Positions 9,245 through 17,879 of a DNA stretch of 39,163 bases are shown here, in pieces. The stretch comes from an uncultured archaeon (GTDB taxonomy: Archaea; Asgardarchaeota; Lokiarchaeia; Sigyniarchaeales; SOKP01), in assembly GCA_964447495.1 (NCBI GenBank), contig CAYUTF010000023.1:1-39163 (forward strand). Reading direction: 5' to 3'. The first letter of the stretch is position 1. Each line of letters starts with the position of its first letter. Made by a program: the position numbers and the translations under genes. A model generated the notes under the pieces. That model worked only from the letters and a program-made list of their open reading frames with translations. It was not told the origin of the DNA and searched no databases.

Positions 9245-10789
9245 ATCGCAGGCATATTCGCAATTTTTAAGAAAAAAAGAATAGATGGTGTGTTATTAGA
9301 TGAAATTAAACATAATGCCACAAAAATAAAACATCGAGGGAGAGAAAGTCGATTTATATATGAGGACTTTCCTATAGAAGTAATTTTTTATCAAAAAAAA
9401 GAATTTAGAAGAAATGTACCTTTAAATTTCGCATTTGACAAAAATAGTAATAATTTAATAGTCATTGATGGTAAAATTTATAATCTAAAAGAAATGAATG
9501 CCAAATATTTGAGTACTCGTAAAGATATGGAGCAAACTCATAAGAATAACTTAGAAGGAATAATTGCGGGATATAAAAAATGTGGAATAGAAATACTAAA
9601 TCAATTATTCGGCTCTTTTAGTGGAATCTTTTATGATGGAACCGAATTAATTGGTTTTAAGGACCCTATAGGTGGAAAGCCATTATACTATTGTGAAAAT
9701 CAAGATTTCATAATTTATTCTTCTGAGTTAAAAGCGCTTTCTTCTCTTAGTCTAAAAATTACTCCTATTAAACCGGGAAGAGCGAAATTTTCTTCGGGTA
9801 AGACTAAAAGATATTACAATTTTCCAAGATTTAATGAAGAAATAACGTTAACAAAAAAAGCGATTAAACTATACGCTGTTGAATTGAAGGAATGCGTAAA
9901 ATTAGCTGTCGCAGATTCAATTAGAGAAGAAGAAAAGGTAAGCGCTCTATTAAGCGGGGGACTAGATTCCGCAATAGTTACTTATGTTGCTAAAGACTTT
10001 GTCGAAAAATTACATGTTTATACAGTTGGATTTAATGAGTCTAAAGATATATATTATGCAAAAAAGTTTGCTAAACTATATAATCTCGACCATTCTGTTG
10101 TTAAAGTAAATCTTAGTGATATGCTTGAATGTCTTCCGAATGTTATATTTGCACTTGAAACGTTTGATGCGGCATTGATAAGAAGTTCAATCCCAATGTT
10201 TTTAATATCAAAAAAAGTTAGAGAAGACCAAGGAGACTGTATTCTTCTAACAGGTGAGGGTGCGGATGAACTTTTCGGAGGATATTCATATCTTCTTAAT
10301 TTTAATTCAAAAGAGTCCTTAAACAACAAGATTTTAAACTTGTTGGAAAGAGAACATTCAACAGGATTGCAACGAGTCGATCGTATACCATACTTCTTTT
10401 CTATTGAAGCTAGGGCGCCTTTATTTGACAAAAGAATCGTTGAATTGTCATTTAATATCCCATCTGAATTAAAAATTTTTAAGAAAGAAGGAATTGGGTT
10501 TGCGAAAAAATGGATTCTGAGAAAAGCTTTTGAAGATGAAATTCCCCCTGAATTTATTTGGAGAAGAAAACAAAAATTTTCGAATGGGGTGGGTTCTGAA
10601 TTTATTTTAAGAGATTACATTAACACAATTATTTCTGATAGTGATTTTAATTATGAAAAACGAATTACACCACATTTTTCATTAAGATCGAAGGAAGAGT
10701 TATATTATTGGAGAATTTTTAAAAACAAATTTAAACCTACATTAGAAACTATATCAGAGCTAGGATTTACAAAGATATTTGAAATATAG
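9245..10789 (+). CDS. Asparagine synthetase B-like amide ligase lacking the N-terminal catalytic Cys; probable ATC start
   Basis: LSGGLDS, TGEGADELFGGY, EARAPLFD, KWILRKAF, DPIGGKPLYY, SSELKAL present; N-terminus (M)AGIF instead of MCGIF; SD GGTGA 5 nt before ATC 9245 (track start TTG 9233). Confidence 0.85.
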   Translation: MAGIFAIFKKKRIDGVLLDEIKHNATKIKHRGRESRFIYEDFPIEVIFYQKKEFRRNVPLNFAFDKNSNNLIVIDGKIYNLKEMNAKYLSTRKDMEQTHKNNLEGIIAGYKKCGIEILNQLFGSFSGIFYDGTELIGFKDPIGGKPLYYCENQDFIIYSSELKALSSLSLKITPIKPGRAKFSSGKTKRYYNFPRFNEEITLTKKAIKLYAVELKECVKLAVADSIREEEKVSALLSGGLDSAIVTYVAKDFVEKLHVYTVGFNESKDIYYAKKFAKLYNLDHSVVKVNLSDMLECLPNVIFALETFDAALIRSSIPMFLISKKVREDQGDCILLTGEGADELFGGYSYLLNFNSKESLNNKILNLLEREHSTGLQRVDRIPYFFSIEARAPLFDKRIVELSFNIPSELKIFKKEGIGFAKKWILRKAFEDEIPPEFIWRRKQKFSNGVGSEFILRDYINTIISDSDFNYEKRITPHFSLRSKEELYYWRIFKNKFKPTLETISELGFTKIFEI

Positions 10790-10845
10790 GGAGTCCAAAA
10801 AGGAAGATATTGAGAAATGAATGATGTTGGAAAATAGTACAAGAG

Positions 10846-11217
10846 ATGGAAATTAAATTACTTAGTGAGGTGAAAAGATTTATTAAAGAGGATAAAATTT
10901 GTCCAAAATGTAGTTTTCCAAAGGAATTATGTATGTGTGCTAATTTAGAGGCAGAAAATCAAAATATCAAGATTTTAATTGAAAAGCGTAGATGGGGGAA
11001 AATTGTAACCGTAGTCAAATTTAAGGGAGATTTTAATGTTAACTTGGATGATTTAAGCACAAAATCTAAGAAGAAATGTGCTTCTGGAGGTACTTATAGA
11101 AATAATACTATTGAAATACAAGGAGACCATCGGTTGAAATTAAAAAAATTGCTTATACAAGAAGGTTTCACAAAAGAAAATATCATAATTGAAGATTTAT
11201 TTAAGAAAAAGAGGTAA
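10846..11217 (+). CDS. sui1: Translation initiation factor aIF1 (SUI1/eIF1 family); start ATG 10846 or ATT 10882
   Basis: ICPKCSFPKELCMC zinc knuckle, KRRWGKIVTVV, CASGGT, IEIQGDHR. Confidence 0.92.
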   Translation: MEIKLLSEVKRFIKEDKICPKCSFPKELCMCANLEAENQNIKILIEKRRWGKIVTVVKFKGDFNVNLDDLSTKSKKKCASGGTYRNNTIEIQGDHRLKLKKLLIQEGFTKENIIIEDLFKKKR

Positions 11218-11374
11218 ATTGAGGAATCAAATACTTCAAAAGATGTTGATAAGTTTCTGATAACAAAACCAGTGCTGATTCCTGTTCCAAATCCACAACC
11301 ATCATAATGAATTGTTAGAGAGTCAAGACGCATTTAGACTTCTTAAAATTAAAAAAATACATTAGAGAATTAAT

Positions 11375-11662
11375 CTAATTTTTTAATTCTTCTAATTCTT
11401 TAGATATTTGATTATGCAACTTTTCTCTCTCAATTTGATTATTAATTATAGGCTTTTTATAAAGCTCAATATCACTAAAGCTTTCATAAGAGAATTTTTG
11501 CTTTTTATTTTTTCTTTGGGTCGTCAAATTATTACTTTCAATTGATTTTGAATTTAAATTCGTAAGTGTTCTAATATCTTTTTTTAATAAGTTATACTCT
11601 TTTTGATTAGCTGATACTTGTTGTTTGATAAAAAAATCTTTTAATTTTTTAATAATTTTCAT
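11375..11662 (-). CDS. Hypothetical basic/coiled-coil protein
   Basis: 95-aa ORF with GGAG 6 nt upstream; no recognised motif. Confidence 0.55.
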   Translation of the reverse strand: MKIIKKLKDFFIKQQVSANQKEYNLLKKDIRTLTNLNSKSIESNNLTTQRKNKKQKFSYESFSDIELYKKPIINNQIEREKLHNQISKELEELKN

Positions 11663-11735
11663 TCAGATCTCCTAATTATCATCTTTTATTTTGTTTTTAT
11701 CGTATTGAAGTTCATTATAAGGCATCTCAGGAAAT

Positions 11736-11903
11736 TTAGCTCTCAAGGGCAAATAAAATGTTATCTTGGATAATAAAGTATTCATTATCATCTCGAATGA
11801 CAACACTGTGGAAGTATTCAGCTAAACCAAGAAATCCACGGATTATTTTTTCATTTCCTTCATATAAAAATTGAACTTTTGAAATCGTTGGGTTTGACCT
11901 AAT
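11736..11903 (-). CDS. 55-aa hypothetical protein, ATT start
   Basis: Manual translation (M)RSNPTISKVQFLYEGNEKIIRGFLGLAEYFHSVVIRDDNEYFIIQDNILFALES; globular-protein-like composition; in-frame TGA two codons upstream. Confidence 0.5.
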   Translation of the reverse strand: MRSNPTISKVQFLYEGNEKIIRGFLGLAEYFHSVVIRDDNEYFIIQDNILFALES

Positions 11904-12037
11904 TTTTCACTTTATTATGAACATTCTCATCTATTAAGGGTATTTTCAATTCAGATACTAATTCATATACATGTTTATGGAAAATATCTTTATTTTTCAT
12001 AATATTATCACTTTTTTTCATTTAATTGTCGTGTTAA

Positions 12038-12223
12038 GATAATCCAAGATTAATAACGTTTATTTCTCTTAGAGTCTTTACCTTTAATCTCTATTTATTC
12101 TTTAGATTAAGAATTTCTGAATAAATCGTTAAAAAGAACATAATTTCAAGGGGAATCTTCAATCAAGATTCTTCCTCTAGATTAAAAAATTAAGTTCTAG
12201 GAGAATGTAGTTAGAGGATTATC
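12038..12223. ncRNA. Candidate structured non-coding element (~186 nt)
   Basis: Closing stem GATAATCC/GGATTATC enclosing four further stems; minus-strand TATA-like box ~20 nt upstream; family not recognised. Confidence 0.3.
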
Positions 12224-12362
12224 AAATAAATTTCATATCTATATATAACAAATAAGCAGTAATATTTAATTTTAATGATTGAAAACAAATAGATTTTTAG
12301 TAGAGATATTCTTCTTATTATTAACTTAGTCCATACTGAAACATCAATGTCAATTTTCTGAA

Positions 12363-13274
12363 TTAAAAAGTAATTTGTGGTTGGGGTGGAAGTTCTCTCA
12401 AATGTTGAGAACGGGATATAAGCTCTCGAACGTGATTAATTTGTTCATCTTCTACATTATTCTCCGAAGAAATTTTTAGATTATCCCAACTCTTTTCAAT
12501 GCCCCAAAGTATTTTATCTAATGTTTTATATTCAATTCCTAAAGCGATCTCATCCACAATACCCGGGATTAAATCTGGTGATGGTGCTTTATCAATTATC
12601 TTTTGGCTTACACCTACATATTTAGCTAACTGCCAGACTTGGGTTTTATATAGGGGAAGAATCGGTTCAATATCAGCTACATTATCTCCCCATTTGACTA
12701 CAAATCCCGTGAGAGATTCACTTTTATTTGTAGTCCCCAATACCATTCTATTTTCCAGATCTGCGAAATAATATAATGTAATTAATCTCATCCGATGTTT
12801 AACTCGAGTATACGCATTTCCCGCATCTATCAACTTTTTAGAATTACCAAGGTTTATAGTCCCCAGTAATCCTGCTCTAAATGGCATTTCTCCTATTTCT
12901 TTCTTTTGACTTTCATGTTGCTTTCTTACCACAGTCTCTTTAAAGCGACGTAATCCTAAAATTTGGAGCGGAACTAACCGATATATACCAAATTTCTTTA
13001 AAAAAGGAGTTAGTTTTATCTCTCTATATTCAATCCCTAATCGAGCGATTTCTAATAATGCATCGCTTTTACTATCTGGGCTTGAGTCTCTTTCAGGGAG
13101 GAGTAATGCTAATACTTTTTCTGAACCTAAAGCCCTAACTGCTAAAGATGCCACTAAAGATGAATCTACTCCTCCACTCATCCCTAAAATTACTCCATCC
13201 CTCTGAAATTCTATCATTTTTTCTCTTATAAATTTTTCAATCAGGGAAGAGACTATTGGTAGATTTATTTCCAT
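12363..13274 (-). CDS. nadE: NH3-dependent NAD+ synthetase
   Basis: GMSGGVDS, R-RMRLITLY, GTTNKSE...GFVVKWGD, DIEPI-PLYKTQV, KAPSPDL; no glutaminase domain. Confidence 0.93.
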   Translation of the reverse strand: MEINLPIVSSLIEKFIREKMIEFQRDGVILGMSGGVDSSLVASLAVRALGSEKVLALLLPERDSSPDSKSDALLEIARLGIEYREIKLTPFLKKFGIYRLVPLQILGLRRFKETVVRKQHESQKKEIGEMPFRAGLLGTINLGNSKKLIDAGNAYTRVKHRMRLITLYYFADLENRMVLGTTNKSESLTGFVVKWGDNVADIEPILPLYKTQVWQLAKYVGVSQKIIDKAPSPDLIPGIVDEIALGIEYKTLDKILWGIEKSWDNLKISSENNVEDEQINHVRELISRSQHLRELPPQPQITF

Positions 13275-13489
13275 TCATTTTCACGTTTAATGTTTAAATA
13301 CTCGAATAATTTTACATTACTGTAAAACTATTTAAATCTTCTAGAAAAAATAGCTATCAAATAAATGAAGTTCAGGTTGGAGGATTAGGTGAAATCACTG
13401 TAAACCATAATGGCTGGTTTTAACGCTTATTATTAAAAGTTTATTAAAAATAAATTGTCTAATTCATATCTAATATCTCTTGTTTTTCC

Positions 13490-13657
13490 CTAACCTGCTG
13501 TCCATTTTTCATAATTAGAGACTTCTTCTTCGTTCACGATCTGAATTGGATGACCCGCGTGAGCTTTATCAAACATTATTAAGTCTCTACTATTATTAAA
13601 ATCATTCTCACGGATAGGAATGTATTGTTTACATTTAAAACATAATTTAACTCTCAT
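13490..13657 (-). CDS. 55-aa CxxC...HxxH putative zinc-binding protein (paralog A)
   Basis: Manual translation MRVKLCFKCKQYIPIRENDFNNSRDLIMFDKAHAGHPIQIVNEEEVSNYEKWTAG; AAGTGAG upstream; paralog at 36815. Confidence 0.8.
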   Translation of the reverse strand: MRVKLCFKCKQYIPIRENDFNNSRDLIMFDKAHAGHPIQIVNEEEVSNYEKWTAG

Positions 13658-13864
13658 CAAACTCACTTCTTATAAACACTTAACTCCAATAAATTCTTAA
13701 TAATTTCAATATTTAACTTTTTCTCTTCCAAATACAAATCACAGAAAAATTAAAGATGATTTAAGCTAAGCTTTAATTAAAGTTAAATTAGTTAGAAAGA
13801 TCACATGATTAGACTTCTTATGCCATTTTGACTAAATTGTATAAAATATAAAAATCAATAAATA

Positions 13865-14968
13865 TTAATGAATGTATATTTGTTCTTTGGTTCCCAAATT
13901 TGTTAATTCTTTAATGGCTATTCTTCTTTTAATATATTCTTCTAATTCTAACTTAGCTATTGTTCTTCCTCCTCTTTTAAAATCTGTTCCACATAATATT
14001 GAGGATAAATTTATTACCGAATCAATAACAGGTGTCTTAATACCTAAAAATTCAGCTAACGATGAAATTGGCACTAATCCCGTTGGAATATCCTCAGTAA
14101 AATATCTAGTTATTAACTTTTTAGGTGCAATTATGTCTTTGTACGCGATGATTGTTTGAATTGCATCATATATGCATTTTTCTTTCACTCCATAAGATTT
14201 ATTTGCCCATTTACAAAAATCATACTGTTTTAGGCCGAGTATTTTCATGATTTGGTTTATTTCCATTTGTAATCTCTCAAGAACTTCACATGTTCTTTTT
14301 GTTGCACCTTCGGAATAAAATCTAAATTCATTGCCAATATCCATCATTCCAGAGTTTAAAATCGAAAGAGTAGGATGAAGCAACATTCCTATATTTTTTA
14401 AAGTCATTTCAAGATAATCTTCAGAAGGTTCTAGCTCTGGAAAGACTTCTTTTAAAGTGTCATAAATGAAAAAAGTATATTTTTCTGGATAAGCCGAAAA
14501 CTCAACACAATCTTTAATTTTTAAAATTTTGACTTTATTTTTTTTTAATTGTCTTGAAGTAAAAATCAGTGTTTGCGTTTCTGCAATAAAAACAGGAACA
14601 TATCCCATTTGATCTTTTATTGTCTGCCAAAATTCGATTGCTCCAAATGTTCTTCCAGGATTAAGAAGTATTATTTGATCTTTTGTCAAAATTGGAGCGA
14701 TTTTTTGAGCTATTGATTTATGAGCTGATGCAGGAGTCACTACTAATATCACATCGGCCTTCTTAACAGCACGATCTAATCTCTGGGTTACAATATTTAA
14801 TGGAAAAAAGCCTTTTAATTCTCCCTTGGATTTAATTCCTGATTTCTTTTTTATATCAGCGATTCTTGAATAAGATCTGTTAAACAAATTCACAGGTTTT
14901 TCTTTTGATGACAGATATGCAGCAAAAGCACGTCCCCCACTTCCCGCTCCTATGATACAGAACTTCAT
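13865..14968 (-). CDS. Opine dehydrogenase family protein, copy 2
   Basis: Same motifs and same length (367 aa) as copy 1; SD GAGGTGA 7 nt upstream. Confidence 0.88.
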   Translation of the reverse strand: MKFCIIGAGSGGRAFAAYLSSKEKPVNLFNRSYSRIADIKKKSGIKSKGELKGFFPLNIVTQRLDRAVKKADVILVVTPASAHKSIAQKIAPILTKDQIILLNPGRTFGAIEFWQTIKDQMGYVPVFIAETQTLIFTSRQLKKNKVKILKIKDCVEFSAYPEKYTFFIYDTLKEVFPELEPSEDYLEMTLKNIGMLLHPTLSILNSGMMDIGNEFRFYSEGATKRTCEVLERLQMEINQIMKILGLKQYDFCKWANKSYGVKEKCIYDAIQTIIAYKDIIAPKKLITRYFTEDIPTGLVPISSLAEFLGIKTPVIDSVINLSSILCGTDFKRGGRTIAKLELEEYIKRRIAIKELTNLGTKEQIYIH

Positions 14969-16707
14969 TTAATGCTCACCTCTTTAAGAAATTTGTTTTC
15001 CATATAATTCGATTTAAATAAATTTAGTTCACTGTATATATTATCAATATCTTTTATCCGTGCAATTTCTTCATATACTTTATCTCGGATTGGATCCCAT
15101 GAATAACAGCTTCCTTTTACAATTCTGGTTTTTATTTTTCCCTTAGTAAACTTATTGTTTTTTAAATGAGGGGCATCAAAGATTCCATATTCTACAAGCT
15201 TATATAAAACATCGGGATTAGTGTAGGGATCTTGCGTTCCTTCTGAATCTATAGCTAAATTAGGAATTATTCTTATTATTTCTTGAGCTTGTTTAATTAG
15301 TTGATCCCTTCTCTTCACTATACTTTTATTTATATATTTAAGGTTGCTAAAGAGAGCTTGGTTAATGACTTGATGCACAATTTTACAGCTTTCAATGATA
15401 TCCTTAGGATTTGCTGCGTGATCGGCCTCAGAATAACTTACTACATGAATTATGTCTGGTTTTAAAGCTAATTGGACCATTGTTGCTGCTGCGAGTTGTC
15501 CTTTAGCTTTATCTAAATCTAAAGGAAAACTTGCTATGCCAGTCCTTACTTGTTTAATGACTGAGAAGTTTTTATCTATCAGTGTATTAAGTAATTCATT
15601 TTTAGCTAGCATCTTAGCTAAATCCATATCAAGTGTAAGTGCTGGCGGAGTATTAAACATGTACTGTGCAACAAAATTCTTTACACCTAATTTCTTTGCG
15701 ATGATACCGCAAAGATACATATCTGCGACAGTGATAGCATCAGAAGCGTCTCTTAAACTCCAATGGTGAGGATCGTTAATCTCAACGGGAATATTTTTAG
15801 TAACATGCCATTTTATTGCTTCTAAATGTTGTAATATTGATTGTTTTAAAGGTAAAGGACCTCTACTATCCATTTGGTTAAACCAAAATATAGGTATTGC
15901 TGCCCACGCATTCTTTATTGTTTCTTGAAATAATTTTCCCATTTTAATAAAGTCTCGCGTTCCCGCATAGATTCGGAGCAAAGGAAAATTACCTCTCATT
16001 CTCGCTTTATTCAAACTTTTGAAATCATCACGTACTCGTAGTGGGACTCCTCCAGCACCATCTAAATCCTTATTTTGAGCTTCAGGGTGAAAATAATGTG
16101 ATTGAGTATTCTGATCAGGAGCGATTGAAACTACATCCAAAATTTTGGCTTCTGCAATTTCTTTTATTCCATCAATGGTTTCATTTAGATTTGGTAATCC
16201 AAAATGAGCTCTTAAGAGGGGATATGGTTTTTTCCATTCAATTCGTGAAATTAAATCCATTGGAGGATGAAAAATCTTTTTAGAACTTTCACTCCTATTT
16301 CTTAAAACTGAAAGTATTTCATATTTAGGTTCTCCACCAATAAAATATTGATCAAATCTTTCAAATTTCCTAGCCTCTTTTACAACTTCAGGTGTACCAG
16401 CGAAAAAAAGTTTGTTAGGTCTTTCATATAAATTATGATATTTGTTAAAAAATTCCTCAAGTAAGGGCACAACTGTTTTCGGAGTTAATCTATAACTAAG
16501 TCCCACTATATTTGGATTAAGTTCTTTGATTTTATTGATTACATCAGAAATAGGTGTTGCTGGCCCTAAAAAATGATTTTTATACCCAAGTTGTTTAGCA
16601 ATTTGTATAAAATTATAAGTGCCTGCAACATGAACACATTGACCGATACATGCTGTTAAAATTAACTTTTTCTTATGGATTTTTAATTCCTTTTGTACTT
16701 TTCCCAT
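14965..16707 (-). CDS. Cobalamin-binding mutase-like protein, copy 2
   Basis: CVHVAG/LGPA/VGLSY B12 domain; colinear with copy 1; SD GAGGTGA 7 nt upstream. Confidence 0.75.
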   Translation of the reverse strand: MGKVQKELKIHKKKLILTACIGQCVHVAGTYNFIQIAKQLGYKNHFLGPATPISDVINKIKELNPNIVGLSYRLTPKTVVPLLEEFFNKYHNLYERPNKLFFAGTPEVVKEARKFERFDQYFIGGEPKYEILSVLRNRSESSKKIFHPPMDLISRIEWKKPYPLLRAHFGLPNLNETIDGIKEIAEAKILDVVSIAPDQNTQSHYFHPEAQNKDLDGAGGVPLRVRDDFKSLNKARMRGNFPLLRIYAGTRDFIKMGKLFQETIKNAWAAIPIFWFNQMDSRGPLPLKQSILQHLEAIKWHVTKNIPVEINDPHHWSLRDASDAITVADMYLCGIIAKKLGVKNFVAQYMFNTPPALTLDMDLAKMLAKNELLNTLIDKNFSVIKQVRTGIASFPLDLDKAKGQLAAATMVQLALKPDIIHVVSYSEADHAANPKDIIESCKIVHQVINQALFSNLKYINKSIVKRRDQLIKQAQEIIRIIPNLAIDSEGTQDPYTNPDVLYKLVEYGIFDAPHLKNNKFTKGKIKTRIVKGSCYSWDPIRDKVYEEIARIKDIDNIYSELNLFKSNYMENKFLKEVSIK

Positions 16708-16978
16708 AATTATTTCACCTCTTTATATAGCAATTCAAATCTATTAGATAAATATTTAGAATTACTGCTACATCTCTAATTAAAAGAGAAAAACTATTAT
16801 TATTCTATCACCTATTTAGATTATAACCTAATTACTCATTTGGATACGCACGTTATATTCTTATACTGATAGAGTTTTTATGTATAAAAATTCACTACAA
16901 AAGTATCTAATATCATTTAAGGAAAAAAAATATTTAAATATTGGTTTCATTTAAATAGCTAAAGTCTCAATTTTTGAC
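16708..16978 (-). promoter_or_regulatory. Conserved promoter/leader of B12-opine DH cassette, copy 2
   Basis: Homologous to 5979-6250; CTCAATTTTTGAC at 16966-16978. Confidence 0.65.
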
Positions 16979-17155
16979 CTTAGATATTTTTATAAATGAT
17001 ATTAATTAGATAATTTTAGACTTTTTTGTAGTTTTAGCATTCAGAAATCTTTTTCATTCATCTTAAACAAAAAAATATACACTAGATTTTGTTGCAATAA
17101 AGACTTTACGATATATAAGAGTATATATTTTGTTAAGCTAAATTCAGCAATCCAG

Positions 17156-17611
17156 TTAAAATATTAGTTTCCTTTTAGCATGAGTCGTTTCAAAATAGGA
17201 TTTATACTTTTTTATCTCCTCATGTATTTCTTCTAATTGTTCATTTTCTAATAGCTTATTAAAAAAGTTCTTCACAGATAAATACAGTTTAGGAATAAAT
17301 GTGTCAACTTGAGACATATGATATGCTATTTCCATTATCGAATTATAATCTATCTTTAGATCGATCTGTCTTTTCCGGATATCTTCGATTATTTTTTCTT
17401 CGAGCTTTCTTCTGCTAAGATTACTCCAAATTAACTCATATATGAAATAATTCCCCGCTTGCACGGTCTCAGTGAGAATTGCTGTTCCTGTTGCTATTTC
17501 TATGCTACCAGTGATTATATATGCTGTTAAAGTACCAAGCACTAACGTAATTGCTCTATAAATTATACTCTTAACTAAACTTTCTTTCCATTCAATTTTT
17601 CGTGATACCAT
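17156..17611 (-). CDS. DUF2061-like membrane protein with soluble C-terminal extension
   Basis: ESLVKSIIYRAI...YIITGS...YFIYELIW pattern. Confidence 0.65.
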   Translation of the reverse strand: MVSRKIEWKESLVKSIIYRAITLVLGTLTAYIITGSIEIATGTAILTETVQAGNYFIYELIWSNLSRRKLEEKIIEDIRKRQIDLKIDYNSIMEIAYHMSQVDTFIPKLYLSVKNFFNKLLENEQLEEIHEEIKKYKSYFETTHAKRKLIF

Positions 17612-17879
17612 TTTCGATAATAATATAATGTAATTATTATTTGAATTTGATTAGATTTTGTTATCTCTTTATAAATTCATTTCAATTTTGTCATAATTTT
17701 TAATTTAATTTTCATCTATATTATCATTGAGTATTCTCAATTCTATAATCGCAAAAATTTTATTACATTAATTTGATTAAAATAAGAATATAAACAATCT
17801 AATAAGAACATTTAATGCATTCGGAGATGAAAAAGAAACGAGTATTTACGCTGATGATGTTATAAGTTTTACGTCGCTT

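Larger units (their letters stand above)
13865..16985 (-). repeat. Diverged direct repeat, copy 2
   Basis: Aligns with 3136-6256 at a nearly constant offset of 10729. Confidence 0.9.

Noticed and set aside
8596-11333. Lasso-peptide (RiPP) cluster built on the Cys-less AsnB
   Set aside because: No transglutaminase-like leader peptidase or RRE seen, no convincing precursor, and the synthetase domain retains true AsnB-like segments (ALETFDAALIRSSIPM).
13361-13423. Short coding-like stretch INEVQVGGLGEITVNHNGWF with SD-like GGAGG/AGGTGA
   Set aside because: Only ~20 codons, no coherent start-SD arrangement; cannot distinguish from a gene relic or chance.
3136-16985. Composite transposon or integrated element bounded by the repeats
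   Set aside because: The repeats are metabolic genes; no transposase, integrase, terminal inverted repeats or target duplication were seen, and the interval carries core genes (eS30, aIF1, nadE).
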